Source: Patescibacteria group bacterium
GTDB lineage: Bacteria > Patescibacteriota > Microgenomatia > JAMCZE01
Reading direction: 5' to 3'
DNA length: 64,000 nucleotides
Assembly: GCA_023380635.1 (NCBI GenBank)
Contig: JAMCRP010000001.1
Location: forward strand, 341,200 to 405,199
The position numbers and the translations under genes are program-made. Under the pieces are notes generated by a model. It worked only from the letters and a program-made list of their open reading frames with translations. It had not been told where the DNA came from and ran no database searches. Positions 40,329 through 49,744 of this stretch are shown here, piece by piece (position 1 is the first letter of the stretch; each line of letters opens with the position of its first letter).

Positions 40329-40742
40329 TTATTCTTTGGTAATAAATTTTGTTTTTACTGATAGTTTGTGGCCGGCCCGGCGAATTGCTTCTTTAGCTGA
40401 TTCTTTGGAAATGCCACCCATTTCGAAAAGAATCAGTCCGGGTCTGACAGTCACCACATGTTCGGCCACCTCGCCCTTTCCCCCACCCTGGCGATGATCC
40501 AACGGCTGTTTGGAAATCGGTTTATCCGGAAATACCCGCATCCAAACCCGACCGCCCTTAGCCGTAAAGTGGGTCATGGCCTTGCGAGCTGACTCCAACT
40601 GGGCAGCACTCACCCAGCCGCGGGTTTCGGCCATAATAGCGTACTCGCCAAAAGCAATTGTGTTGCCTCGGCAAGCAAACCCAGCCATCTGACCCCGGAA
40701 GCCAGTGTGATGTTTTTCTCTTCTTGGTGCTAATAATGGCAT
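40329..40742 (-). CDS. rplP: 50S ribosomal protein L16
   Basis: Conserved L16 core. Confidence 0.95.
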   Translation of the reverse strand: MPLLAPRREKHHTGFRGQMAGFACRGNTIAFGEYAIMAETRGWVSAAQLESARKAMTHFTAKGGRVWMRVFPDKPISKQPLDHRQGGGKGEVAEHVVTVRPGLILFEMGGISKESAKEAIRRAGHKLSVKTKFITKE

Positions 40743-40748
40743 ATGTTT

Positions 40749-41417
40749 TTACTTATTTATCCAGACTTTAATTCCGATATACCCCGACCGGGTTCGTGCC
40801 GGAACGGAGGCAAAATCAATGTTTTCCTTAATTGAGCTAAACGGTAAAACTCCGGCCTGAACATGTTCCACCCGGGCAATCTCCGCGCCGTTAATCCGGC
40901 CCCCGAGCCGAATCCGAACACCTTTAGCCCCGGCCGCCATCACTTTTTCCAACGATTGTTTCAGAACTCTTTTAGCCGGCATTCTTTTAATCAGCTGATC
41001 AGCGATATTAACTCCCACCAGGTAGGCATCAAGGTTTGGTTCTTTAATCTGTTCAACTTTAATCTCCACTTTCGGCGCATTTTTTGTGTCCGAAGGACGC
41101 GAGCTTCGCTCATCGTTATCTTTAATGTGCAATAAATCTTTAGCCACGTATTTCTTCAGGTCTTCCAGGCCGGTTCCTCCGCGACCAATAACCACGCCGG
41201 GGCGGGAAACAAATAAGGTTAATCCCAAACGGTTAATCGACCTTTCAATCTCGACCCGGGAAATTCCGGCCGGACGCAACTTGGCCATTAGAGCCCGTCG
41301 GAGCTTTACGTCTTCAACCAAAAGGTCAGAATACCGACTCCGTGTCGCAAACCATCTTGAAGTCCAAGTGTAAACCGGACCAAGTCTAAAACCGATTGGA
41401 TGTATCTTGTTGCCCAT
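40749..41417 (-). CDS. rpsC: 30S ribosomal protein S3
   Basis: KH domain plus S3 C-terminal domain. Confidence 0.95.
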   Translation of the reverse strand: MGNKIHPIGFRLGPVYTWTSRWFATRSRYSDLLVEDVKLRRALMAKLRPAGISRVEIERSINRLGLTLFVSRPGVVIGRGGTGLEDLKKYVAKDLLHIKDNDERSSRPSDTKNAPKVEIKVEQIKEPNLDAYLVGVNIADQLIKRMPAKRVLKQSLEKVMAAGAKGVRIRLGGRINGAEIARVEHVQAGVLPFSSIKENIDFASVPARTRSGYIGIKVWINK

Positions 41418-41418
41418 A

Positions 41419-41739
41419 TTAGTCGGTTAAAACTACTTTAATGTGGGATGCTTTTTTATTAATGACGCCTCCGCCAAATCTGGCTCCATGGCTGGTATCG
41501 CGTCTTTTCATTTTTATGCCCTCGTCCACCAGAATGTTTTTAACCATTAAATTTTCTTTCCCTTTGGCATTGGCTACAGCCGATTTAATTACTTTAGCAA
41601 TCGGCGTGGAAGCACTTTTTGCCAAAAACTGCAGTTTATTCATTGCCATCGTTGCCGGCATACCTTTGACCACCGATGCTACCAGTCGCGCTTTTCGCGG
41701 AGCAACTCGGATATTTTTAGCGGTAGCTGTAAATTCCAT
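41419..41739 (-). CDS. rplV: 50S ribosomal protein L22
   Basis: Recognised as L22 from the conserved core and S10-operon position. Confidence 0.93.
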   Translation of the reverse strand: MEFTATAKNIRVAPRKARLVASVVKGMPATMAMNKLQFLAKSASTPIAKVIKSAVANAKGKENLMVKNILVDEGIKMKRRDTSHGARFGGGVINKKASHIKVVLTD

Positions 41740-41745
41740 AAGTTT

Positions 41746-42030
41746 TTAAGTTTTACTTAAGACTCGGGCAACCACTTTTCCGTGACCACGGAAAGTCCTC
41801 GTCGGAGCAAATTCTCCTAATCTGTGGCCTACCATAGCCTCGGTAACAAATACGGGAATGTGCACTCGACCATTATGGACACCAATGGTTACGCCGACAA
41901 ACTCCGGCGGAATCTGGCAATCTCTTGACCAGGTCTTAACCGGATTTTTATTTCCGGTATTTTTAGCCGCGATAACTTTGGCCAAAAGCTTCTGGTCAAT
42001 GTATGGTCCTTTTTTAGAACTTCTTGCCAT
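41746..42030 (-). CDS. rpsS: 30S ribosomal protein S19
   Basis: [12 protein letters not shown] start. Confidence 0.95.
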   Translation of the reverse strand: MARSSKKGPYIDQKLLAKVIAAKNTGNKNPVKTWSRDCQIPPEFVGVTIGVHNGRVHIPVFVTEAMVGHRLGEFAPTRTFRGHGKVVARVLSKT

Positions 42031-42033
42031 AAA

Positions 42034-42861
42034 CTACTTACCCCTTCTAGAAATTATATATTTATCGCTCCATTTTCCGTGTTTACGGGTTTTTAGTCCG
42101 CGGGCCGGTTTGCCCCAGGGAGTCTTCGGCTGTTTTAAGCCTTCACCGGAGCGCCCTTCACCACCGCCATGCGGATGGGTCCGCGGGTTTTGGGCCGTTC
42201 CCCGGACTTCGGGACGACGACCCATGTGCCGGGATCTTCCCGCTTTACCGATAACCACATTTTTCCAGTCAACATTCCCCACGACACCAACAGTAGCAAA
42301 ATTAGTCTTGAAAACTTTACGGGTCTCACCAGACGGGAGCTTAATGGTAACATAATCGCCCTCTTTAGCCAAGAGGGTTGCTCCGGTACCGGCTCCCCGG
42401 ACAATTTGGCCGCCACGCCCCGCTGTCAGTTCAATGTTATGAACTACAGTTCCAATAGGCATCCGGTCCAAGGGCAACGCATTGCCCAGTTTGGCTTCAG
42501 CGTTTACTCCGGCGGTAATGATATCGTTAACTTTTAGTCCTTCCGCGTGCAAAATGTAGCGTTTTTCGCCGTCAGCATATTGAACCAGAGCAATATTAGC
42601 GCTGCGATTAGGATCATATTCGATAGAAATGACCCTTCCGGCTACATCCAGTTTATCCCGTTTAAAATCAATCACCCGGTAATATCTTTTCTCCCGGCCA
42701 CCATGATGGCGCGCTGAGACCCTGCCCCCCGCGTCCCGTCCGGATTTCTTCGGCAGAATTTCTACCAGAGTTTTTTCCGGCGCGGTGACCGTTAAAACCG
42801 CCCGGTTATCCAATCCGGTCATAAACCTTCGCGATAGTGTTCCGCTCATTTTCTTAAGCAT
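42034..42861 (-). CDS. rplB: 50S ribosomal protein L2
   Basis: Conserved L2 core with GGGEGR. Confidence 0.95.
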   Translation of the reverse strand: MLKKMSGTLSRRFMTGLDNRAVLTVTAPEKTLVEILPKKSGRDAGGRVSARHHGGREKRYYRVIDFKRDKLDVAGRVISIEYDPNRSANIALVQYADGEKRYILHAEGLKVNDIITAGVNAEAKLGNALPLDRMPIGTVVHNIELTAGRGGQIVRGAGTGATLLAKEGDYVTIKLPSGETRKVFKTNFATVGVVGNVDWKNVVIGKAGRSRHMGRRPEVRGTAQNPRTHPHGGGEGRSGEGLKQPKTPWGKPARGLKTRKHGKWSDKYIISRRGK

Positions 42862-43162
42862 GGCTTACCTCCTGTCCGGCTGTATCAAATAAATCAATTT
42901 TTTGTTCTTTAGGTAATTCCACGATCGCTTTTTTCCAGTCGGTTTTTCGGGAAACTTCCCGGGTTTTTCGTGACAGGGATGTTTTGCCTTTGACGGTAAT
43001 AGTTTTGACCGACAATGGCGTAACACTAAAAGCTTTGGTAATTTCGGCCAGGATTTGCGCTTTGTTGGCTTCTTTAGTCACGGCAAAAGTATAGCGGTTG
43101 ACTGCCGCATCTTTCATGGATTTTTCCGTGACTACCGGTCTTAATAAAATATTACTCTTCAT
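42854..43162 (-). CDS. rplW: 50S ribosomal protein L23
   Basis: Recognised as L23 from the conserved core and operon position. Confidence 0.92.
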   Translation of the reverse strand: MKSNILLRPVVTEKSMKDAAVNRYTFAVTKEANKAQILAEITKAFSVTPLSVKTITVKGKTSLSRKTREVSRKTDWKKAIVELPKEQKIDLFDTAGQEVSHA

Positions 43163-43652
43163 AAATTTTCTCGGCTTTCATAACCTCATAAACGTTTAAC
43201 TGATTTTTTGGCATTATTGTTAGATTGGCAATGTTTCTTCCTGCCAGCCAAACCTTCGGGTTGTATTCTTTGGTAACCAGTAAGGTACTTTTCTTCGTGT
43301 CCAAGAGTTTCGCTAAAGTCTTCGTTTTACCATCGACTTTAGTTAAAGTTATTTTTTCCGCCTTTTTCAGTTTCAGCGCTTCTTCCAGAGCTTTCTGCTT
43401 CATTTGCTTAGACAATTTCAGGCTATAATCCCGCGGTTTAGGAGCAAAAGACACGCCGCCGCCAACAAAAATCGGAGCCTTCCGGTCGCCATGTCGCGCG
43501 CCGCCGGTGCCTTTTTGCTTATAAAGTTTTTTCCGGGTTCGATTTACTTCCGCCCGGGTTTTAGCATTTTGAGTCCCCTGCCTTTGGTTAGCTAGGTAAA
43601 CTCTAACTGCTTGCGCTATAAATTTCGCTGGGTTGTTTTTCTTTTCTGCCAT
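43152..43652 (-). CDS. rplD: 50S ribosomal protein L4
   Basis: Recognised as L4 from the conserved core and operon position. Confidence 0.92.
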   Translation of the reverse strand: MAEKKNNPAKFIAQAVRVYLANQRQGTQNAKTRAEVNRTRKKLYKQKGTGGARHGDRKAPIFVGGGVSFAPKPRDYSLKLSKQMKQKALEEALKLKKAEKITLTKVDGKTKTLAKLLDTKKSTLLVTKEYNPKVWLAGRNIANLTIMPKNQLNVYEVMKAEKIYEE

Positions 43653-43656
43653 GTTT

Positions 43657-44175
43657 TTATTCTTTAGTAATTTTAATTAATCCGCCTTTGTTCCCCGGAA
43701 CAAGACCTCTTATTAAGAGTAAATTCTCTTCTGGTTTTACATCGAATATCTGTAAACCGGTCACGGTTCTTTGGACATTCCCCATGTGTCCGGCCATTCT
43801 TTTTCCGCGGTAAACTCTTCCCGGAGTAGTTGACTGGCCGATGGAACCCGGATGTCGGGCCCGCACCGACTGGCCATGAGTCTTCGGACCGCCATGAAAA
43901 TGATGGCGTTTCATCACCCCGGCAAAACCTTTACCCTTTGATATACCGGTAACTTTTACTTTATCTCCCGCAACAAAAACATCGGAGGCTTTTATTGGCT
44001 CTCCGACGGTTAAAGTTTCTCCGAGTTCCCGAGTGTATTTACCAACAGTCACCTGACGGGAATTTTTAATGGCTAGAGGCTCGGCCTTTATCATGGTAAC
44101 CGGCACGCGGAAGCCTTCCTTATCATAGGCTTGTGACTGTCCGACTTTAAAACCGTAAAAAGTGTCCATAACCAT
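43657..44175 (-). CDS. rplC: 50S ribosomal protein L3
   Basis: Conserved L3 core. The ORF-track frame begins at a TTG (44178); the first ATG is 44175. Confidence 0.93.
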   Translation of the reverse strand: MVMDTFYGFKVGQSQAYDKEGFRVPVTMIKAEPLAIKNSRQVTVGKYTRELGETLTVGEPIKASDVFVAGDKVKVTGISKGKGFAGVMKRHHFHGGPKTHGQSVRARHPGSIGQSTTPGRVYRGKRMAGHMGNVQRTVTGLQIFDVKPEENLLLIRGLVPGNKGGLIKITKE

Positions 44176-44203
44176 CAAAAAAGCCCCGGACTAAGGGGGC
44201 TTT
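44172..44203 (-). promoter_or_regulatory. Stem-loop (AAAGCCCC-loop-GGGGCUUU) plus U-tract directly abutting the rplC start; terminator/attenuator-like
   Basis: Perfect 8-bp GC-rich stem, followed on the minus strand by UUUUG-AUG. No SD is present. Confidence 0.45.
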
Positions 44204-44277
44204 CAATTAGCTCCTCCCTACTTCCGACTACACTAGTTAGTGAGTTTAGGGCCTACTAACATTCAAATCCAATTTTA

Positions 44278-44586
44278 CTACATCTTGATCTCGATGTCCA
44301 CTCCGGCAGGAAGTTCGAGATGCATTAAGCTGTCGATGGTTTTGTCGGTGGGTTCAATGATGTCGATGAGGCGTTTGTGAGTTTTAATCCAGAAGTGTTC
44401 TTGGGAGTCTTTGTCGGTAAAGGGCGATTGGCCAACGGTGATATGGGAAGTTTCAGTTGGAAGAGGGATGGGACCCACAATGGAAGCGCCGGTCCTGATG
44501 GCGGCGTCTAAAATTTGCTGACAGGTCGAGTCCAAGACCCGACCATCATAAGCCTTTAACCGAACTCGAATTCGTCCTTTTGGCAT
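44278..44586 (-). CDS. rpsJ: 30S ribosomal protein S10
   Basis: [14 protein letters not shown]... is the likely start (ATG at 44586), with GGGAGGG 8 nt upstream. The ORF-track frame extends to 44610. Confidence 0.93.
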   Translation of the reverse strand: MPKGRIRVRLKAYDGRVLDSTCQQILDAAIRTGASIVGPIPLPTETSHITVGQSPFTDKDSQEHFWIKTHKRLIDIIEPTDKTIDSLMHLELPAGVDIEIKM

Positions 44587-44624
44587 AAGGTTTTCCCTCC
44601 CGACCCCCAACCGTCAAGGTGCGA

Positions 44625-44660
44625 CTAAAAAAGCGGGCACCGATTTGTGATGCCCGCTTG
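44625..44660 (-). terminator. Rho-independent terminator downstream of tuf (9-bp stem aagcgggca/tgcccgctt plus U6)
   Basis: On the minus strand: AAGCGGGCAUCACAAAUCGGUGCCCGCUUUUUUAG, immediately after the tuf stop. Confidence 0.7.
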
Positions 44661-44673
44661 GGACTTATCAAAA

Positions 44674-45861
44674 TTAGGCGATAATTTTTGTGACCACTCC
44701 GGATCCCACAGTCTTGCCGCCTTCGCGAATGGCAAAGCGCATCCCATCCTCCATGGCAACCGGTTGAATGAGCTTGATTTTCATCTTCGCGTTATCTCCC
44801 GGCATCACCATTTCCACACCCTGCTCCAAGGTGACTTCCCCGGTCACATCCGTGGTGCGGATGTAGAACTGCGGGCGATACCCGGAAAAGAACGGCGTGT
44901 GACGGCCACCTTCTTCTTTGGCCAGGATATATACCTGAGCCTCGAACTCCGTGTGCGGCGTCACTGAGCCCGGTTTGGCAATCACCTGACCGCGCTCCAC
45001 CTGGTCTTTTTCCACGCCGCGCAAAAGCAGTCCGACATTATCGCCGGCCTGGCCTTCATCCAACTGTTTGCGAAACATTTCGACCCCGGTAACGACGGTC
45101 TTTTGAGTCGCTTTCAGACCAACGATTTCCATTTCTTCGTTAACCTTGACGACACCACGCTCGATTCTTCCAGTCACGACCGTGCCGCGGCCTTTGATCG
45201 AGAAAACATCCTCCACCGGCATCAGGAATGGTTTATCCAGTTCCCGAACGGGAGTGGGAATGTAGCTGTCGACCGCATCCATTAGCTCCATGATGTGTTT
45301 TTCCTGTTCGGCATCACCTTCCAAGGCTTTGAGGGCCGAACCTCGAATGATCGGCGCTTTGTCGCCGTCAAAACCATATTTGGTTAACAGCTCCCTAACT
45401 TCGACCTCAACCAAATCGAGTAGTTCCGGATCCGACACCATGTCGACTTTGTTTAAGAAGACGACAATGGCCGGCACATTAACCTGCTTGGCCAACAGCA
45501 AGTGCTCCCGGGTTTGAGCCATCGGACCATCAGCGGCGGACACGACCAAAATCGCGCCGTCAACCTGAGCCGCGCCGGTGATCATGTTCTTGATGTAATC
45601 GGCATGGCCCGGCATATCAATGTGGGCATAGTGCCGTTTCTCGGTTTCATACTCAACATGGGTGATATTAATCGTGACGCCACGGGCTTTTTCTTCCGGA
45701 GCGTTATCGATTTGATCGTAGGCCAAAGCTTTCGCAAAGCCTTTCTTGGCCAAAACGGTCGTAATGGCTGAAGTTAAAGTGGTCTTACCGTGGTCGACAT
45801 GACCAATGGTCCCAATGTTAACATGGGGCTTGGAACGAGTGAATTTTGCGGCATCTGCCAT
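44674..45861 (-). CDS. tuf: Elongation factor Tu
   Basis: [18 protein letters not shown] and NKVD motifs; 395 aa. Confidence 0.98.
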   Translation of the reverse strand: MADAAKFTRSKPHVNIGTIGHVDHGKTTLTSAITTVLAKKGFAKALAYDQIDNAPEEKARGVTINITHVEYETEKRHYAHIDMPGHADYIKNMITGAAQVDGAILVVSAADGPMAQTREHLLLAKQVNVPAIVVFLNKVDMVSDPELLDLVEVEVRELLTKYGFDGDKAPIIRGSALKALEGDAEQEKHIMELMDAVDSYIPTPVRELDKPFLMPVEDVFSIKGRGTVVTGRIERGVVKVNEEMEIVGLKATQKTVVTGVEMFRKQLDEGQAGDNVGLLLRGVEKDQVERGQVIAKPGSVTPHTEFEAQVYILAKEEGGRHTPFFSGYRPQFYIRTTDVTGEVTLEQGVEMVMPGDNAKMKIKLIQPVAMEDGMRFAIREGGKTVGSGVVTKIIA

Positions 45862-45931
45862 ATTCTTTTAATTTATTAATTGATAAATAACTAATAGAGC
45901 CAAAAGATGGCTCTCTTACGCGATTGTTACG

Positions 45932-45960
45932 ATTTTAAAGCAGAGCTCAAACGATTGCAA
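45932..45960 (-). promoter_or_regulatory. Candidate tuf promoter (TTGCAA-N17-TAAAAT) followed by a 5' hairpin (agagcca-tcttt-tggctct) and an AU-rich, SD-less leader
   Basis: Hexamers and a 7-bp hairpin (45895-45913) read on the minus strand upstream of the tuf ATG. Confidence 0.45.
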
Positions 45961-45968
45961 TAGGGAAA

Positions 45969-46262
45969 CTAGCAGGCGAAGACTTTATTCTCCAACCGCT
46001 TTAGCCTTGGCAAAATGTTCTTATCTATTTCCGTGTTTGTAGCCGTAACCGCATCGAAAAGGGTATCAAAACCCTCGGTCATCTCCTTATGCAAACTGTC
46101 TATTTTTGTGTTTAACCTAATATCAACGTCAGTGATTTGCTGCTTGATACCATCTAACTCGCCATAGATGCCGACTATCTTTCTGTCGATAGGCACCAGT
46201 TTTTGGTCAATTAATTTCCCGATATTTTCTAGCGTAAGGTCGTTTTTCTTCGGAGACTTCAT
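45969..46262 (-). CDS. Hypothetical 97-aa coiled-coil protein (island ORF)
   Basis: Intact ORF in a low-GC insertion between tuf and fusA. Heptad-like pattern, weak RBS, no family recognised. Confidence 0.4.
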   Translation of the reverse strand: MKSPKKNDLTLENIGKLIDQKLVPIDRKIVGIYGELDGIKQQITDVDIRLNTKIDSLHKEMTEGFDTLFDAVTATNTEIDKNILPRLKRLENKVFAC

Positions 46263-46373
46263 GTCATCATGATCTCACAACTTTTGCTTAAAAACAATCC
46301 ATCCAACTAAATTCTTATAATAGGATTACAAACACTTTACTTATTTGCTTCTGGCCTATAAACTGTAATAAAT

Positions 46374-46748
46374 ATGGCAACAAAGACACAAAAGATCGTA
46401 AAGGGAAAAGAAACCAACGTTAACGTATGGCTTGGTCTAATATTTTTTATTTCGATCGTCTACAAAATAATCGAGTCAAACCCCAGTGGCGCAATATCGG
46501 TAGTAGCGATTGGTATATCAGTAATCTGGAATTTAGTCAGCTCCCCAATTATTGTCTTAGCGATAATAGCTTCAATTTTCTTTGGAAACTGGCAAAACTG
46601 GTTTAAAACAGACATAGAAAAGGAGTACGACAAAGAGCAGATGGGTTGGCTGTTGAGTAAAATCGGAGATATTCTTAATTGGATATTTCTTCTTTATGGT
46701 ATTCAAATAGCGTTTATGATAATAAAAACGCTATGGAGACTAGCCTGA
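46374..46748 (+). CDS. Hypothetical 4-TM small membrane protein (island ORF, 124 aa)
   Basis: Four hydrophobic segments. Opposite strand to the operon, and the ATG directly follows a TGTAATAAAT -10-like element (possibly leaderless). Confidence 0.45.
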   Translation: MATKTQKIVKGKETNVNVWLGLIFFISIVYKIIESNPSGAISVVAIGISVIWNLVSSPIIVLAIIASIFFGNWQNWFKTDIEKEYDKEQMGWLLSKIGDILNWIFLLYGIQIAFMIIKTLWRLA

Positions 46749-46855
46749 AATAGCTTCGATAATTCCCCCGGAATCCTAAAATTCTTGAAGCTCCGAAACT
46801 TTAGCTAACGGAACTTGACCATACTGATTTAATTGATATATAAGGAGGTGATTAT

Positions 46856-46993
46856 ATGGACGACCAAGAAAAAATAAAGACTTCGATAACGGATTCAGGT
46901 GGAAACATCGATCCGGACAAATTGGCTTACATGCTCTACATGATCCAAAAGGAGTTAAAAGATCTTAACAAGATAGCGAACGTTGAGAGGTGA
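46856..46993 (+). CDS. Hypothetical 45-aa hydrophilic peptide (island ORF)
   Basis: Hand-translated MDDQEKIKTSITDSGGNIDPDKLAYMLYMIQKELKDLNKIANVER. AAGGAGGTG lies 5 nt upstream, with TTGACC-N16-TATATA further upstream. Confidence 0.45.
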   Translation: MDDQEKIKTSITDSGGNIDPDKLAYMLYMIQKELKDLNKIANVER

Positions 46994-47047
46994 GCTGTTC
47001 TTGGCAAATACCCGCAGGGAAAAGATCCTCTTTTTAGGGAGTAAGCA

Positions 47048-47140
47048 TTAGTCTCGTTTTACCCAGATACCATTTTTTATGATATATGGGCCATCGACGG
47101 GGCTCTGGCTTACGACCATGAGCAAAATCCAAAATACCAT
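47048..47140 (-). CDS. Hypothetical 30-aa peptide with a hydrophobic N-terminus (island ORF)
   Basis: Hand-translated MVFWILLMVVSQSPVDGPYIIKNGIWVKRD. GAGGAGGTG lies 7 nt upstream, preceded by a GC-rich structured ~240-nt leader. Confidence 0.35.
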   Translation of the reverse strand: MVFWILLMVVSQSPVDGPYIIKNGIWVKRD

Positions 47141-47381
47141 ACCTTTTCACCTCCTCTCGTAATTTTTAGTGGCTAACTGCCACCCTCCCCCGAGAGGGGT
47201 GCTTTCCCCTGCAGATTTTTACCTGCAACTTTTCAAAGTGCAATAAAAAAGCCAACCATAAAAGGTTGACTAAGTGGTTATATTTTGGCACTCTAACGGT
47301 TAGAGTGCAAGGCCAAAAATCGACGAAAAAAGAGCGAATTATTTAAGAATTACTTCTTCGCAACAATTTGTCAGTTGCTGG
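47141..47381 (-). other. Structured non-coding region downstream of the fusA stop (several GC-rich hairpins; candidate promoter TTGCAC-N16-TAAAAT; weak terminator caacc-uuuuau-gguug-GCUUUUUU)
   Basis: Stem-loops seen directly: gcactctaac-ggt-tagagtgc, gggg-aaagca-cccc, gtggc-agtta-gccac. No tmRNA, RNase P or SRP signature was recognised. Confidence 0.35.
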
Positions 47382-49493
47382 TTAACTCTGTCTCACAGTT
47401 CCTGATTTTGAAACCAGCTGTTCCTGGATGTTTCGCGGGACTTCTTCGTAGTGGGAAGCTTCCATGTAATAGGAAGCCCGGCCCTGGGTGATCGAGCGCA
47501 GTTTGGTCGCGTAGCCGGAAAGTTCGGCCAGCGGGACCATAGCCAAAATGATCGTGGCGTTACCCCGTTTAGAAGTGCCAAGTATCTGGGACCTTTTAGC
47601 GGATAAATCGCCGATAACATCACCCATGAATTCGTCGGGGGTGGTCACTTCGACCTTCATTATTGGTTCCAGAAGAACCATATCCGCCTTTTTACAAGCG
47701 TCCTGAAGAGCCATAGAACCCGCTATTTGAAATGCGACATCGGAGGAATCAACATCATGATAGGACCCGTCGTACAAAGTAACTTTAATATCGGTCATCG
47801 GATAGCCGGCCAAAATGCCGTTATCAGCGCATTCTTTCGAACCTTTTTCAACCGGCGGAATGAATTCAGCCGGGATGGCACCACCCTTGATGGCGTTCAC
47901 AAATTCCCAGCCTTCGCCGCGCGGTTTCGGTTCTACTTTCAGAAGAGCATGGCCATATTGCCCGCGGCCACCGGTCTGGCGGATATATTTCCCTTCGCCA
48001 TTGGCATCATGCTTAATAGTTTCTTTATAAGCGACTTGCGGTGCCCCAACATTAGTGTCGACACCCATTTCGTCTTTCATTCTTCTGACCCAAACTTCCA
48101 GTTGTAACTCTCCGACTCCGGCAATAATCGTCTGGCCGGTTTCTTTATCGCTTCTGACATGAACCGTCGGGTCTTCTTCCATAACCCGCTGTAGGGCATA
48201 GCCCATTTTCTCCTGATCGGATTTAGTCTTGGGTTCAATAGCCAAAGAAATAACCGGCTCGGGGAAAGTAATTCCTTCCAGAACAATCGGATGTTGCGGG
48301 TCAGAAAGAGTGTCGCCGGTGCGGGTATCTTTGAGACCAACTACCGCCACAATTTCTCCGGCGTAAGCTTCCTCGATATCTTCCCGGTTATTGGCGTGCA
48401 TCAACAACAGGCGGCCAATTCTTTCCTGCTGACCTTTAGTCGCGTTATAAACATAAGAGCCGGATTTGATAACTCCCGAATAGACCCGGACATAATAAAG
48501 TTTTCCCACATGCGGATCGAGTTGGGCCTTAAAGGCCAGACCGGTAAACGGCGCGTCGATTTTCTGTTCCCGAGTTTCTTCCTGACCGGTTTTCGGATTG
48601 GTCCCGGTAATGGCCGGTCTTTCCAACGGCGAGGGCAGATAGTCAACAATGGCGTCCAAAAGCGGCTGGACTCCCTTATTGCGAAGAGATGTTCCGGTGT
48701 ACATCGGCACCAGTTGGTAGGAAATAACCGCTTTGCGCAGTCCCGCTTTTAATTCTTCCAGACTTAATGTTTCGCCGTTGAGATATTTTTCCAGAAGAAC
48801 CTCATCGCTTTCGGCAATCTGTTCGACCAGTTGATGGCGATATTTATCGACTTCGGCTTTGTCCAATCCTTCCGGTATCTCTTTTTTGACCTCAAATTTG
48901 GCCCCAAGTTCGTCGCCGCCCCAAACATAGGCTTCTTCGGCCAATAAATCGTAAACACCCTTGAAGGTGTTCTCTACCCCGATTGGGAGTACCATTACCG
49001 CCGGTTTAACGCCTAATCTTTGTTTTACCGCCTCGACGGTTTTAAAGAAATTAGCCCCCAGTTTGTCGATCTTATTCACAAAAATAATCCGCGGGACTTT
49101 ATATTTATCCGCCTGCCGCCAGACAGTTTCCGTTTGTGATTGCACGGTCTCCTCAGCATCAAGAATCGTGACCGCCCCGTCAAGAACCCGCAAGGACCGT
49201 TCCACTTCCGCCGTGAAGTCTACATGACCCGGAGTATCAATAATGTTAATGCGGTAGTCACGCCAGAAAGTGGTCGTGGCGGCAGAGACAATGGTAATTC
49301 CCCGTTCCCGTTCCTGAGTCATCCAGTCCATCTGGGTCGAGCCTTCATCAATGTCTCCGATTTTGTAAGTTTTGCCGGTGTAATACAAAATCCGCTCGGT
49401 CGTGGTGGTTTTGCCCGCGTCAATATGAGCAATGATCCCGATGTTACGGACCTTGTCTAAAGAAACATTGCGATTTTTGGTGGTGTCAGCCAT
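47382..49493 (-). CDS. fusA: Elongation factor G
   Basis: [32 protein letters not shown] and G' domains II-V. The true start is probably MADTTKNR... (ATG 49493); the ORF-track frame reads through an upstream hairpin to 49541. Confidence 0.97.
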   Translation of the reverse strand: MADTTKNRNVSLDKVRNIGIIAHIDAGKTTTTERILYYTGKTYKIGDIDEGSTQMDWMTQERERGITIVSAATTTFWRDYRINIIDTPGHVDFTAEVERSLRVLDGAVTILDAEETVQSQTETVWRQADKYKVPRIIFVNKIDKLGANFFKTVEAVKQRLGVKPAVMVLPIGVENTFKGVYDLLAEEAYVWGGDELGAKFEVKKEIPEGLDKAEVDKYRHQLVEQIAESDEVLLEKYLNGETLSLEELKAGLRKAVISYQLVPMYTGTSLRNKGVQPLLDAIVDYLPSPLERPAITGTNPKTGQEETREQKIDAPFTGLAFKAQLDPHVGKLYYVRVYSGVIKSGSYVYNATKGQQERIGRLLLMHANNREDIEEAYAGEIVAVVGLKDTRTGDTLSDPQHPIVLEGITFPEPVISLAIEPKTKSDQEKMGYALQRVMEEDPTVHVRSDKETGQTIIAGVGELQLEVWVRRMKDEMGVDTNVGAPQVAYKETIKHDANGEGKYIRQTGGRGQYGHALLKVEPKPRGEGWEFVNAIKGGAIPAEFIPPVEKGSKECADNGILAGYPMTDIKVTLYDGSYHDVDSSDVAFQIAGSMALQDACKKADMVLLEPIMKVEVTTPDEFMGDVIGDLSAKRSQILGTSKRGNATIILAMVPLAELSGYATKLRSITQGRASYYMEASHYEEVPRNIQEQLVSKSGTVRQS

Positions 49494-49527
49494 TTTTACA
49501 AAAAATTCGTGCCGAACTTCCGGCACG
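49494..49527 (-). promoter_or_regulatory. Hairpin (cgugccg-gaaguu-cggcacg) plus U6 immediately upstream of the fusA AUG; terminator/attenuator-like 5' structure
   Basis: On the minus strand: CGUGCCGGAAGUUCGGCACGAAUUUUUUGUAAAAAUG. No SD. Candidate promoter TTGGAT-N18-TATAAT at 49533-49562. Confidence 0.45.
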
Positions 49528-49571
49528 AGATAATTATACAAAATTAACTTCGCCTAATCCAAGTTAATCCG

Positions 49572-49740
49572 AATAAACATTCGTAGAAAGTCTGGCAGCT
49601 CTTCTTCTTTTTAATCTTCGTCTGCTCTTCTCGACAAGGTTACTCGGGGTAGGTATTTCCACAACCTGCAACTGTCTTTCTATGCCATCTTTATCAGTAA
49701 AAACAATTTTCTTAATGGTCGATTCGTTAGCTTCTGTCAT
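49572..49740 (-). CDS. Hypothetical 56-aa basic protein between rpsG and fusA
   Basis: Hand-translated MTEANESTIKKIVFTDKDGIERQLQVVEIPTPSNLVEKSRRRLKRRRAARLSTNVYSD. GAGGTGG lies 7 nt upstream, and the start is 4 nt after the rpsG stop. Confidence 0.35.
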
Positions 49741-49744
49741 ATTT

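Noticed and set aside
46992-47381. tmRNA, RNase P RNA, SRP RNA or 6S RNA in the structured non-coding region of the island
   Set aside because: No tRNA-like acceptor/T-arm with a CCA end was found. No GGAAAGTCCGG/AGGGTGAAA (RNase P) and no GGAAG...AGCAGC domain-IV (SRP) signature was found on either strand. This was scanned by eye only, so a divergent ncRNA is not excluded.
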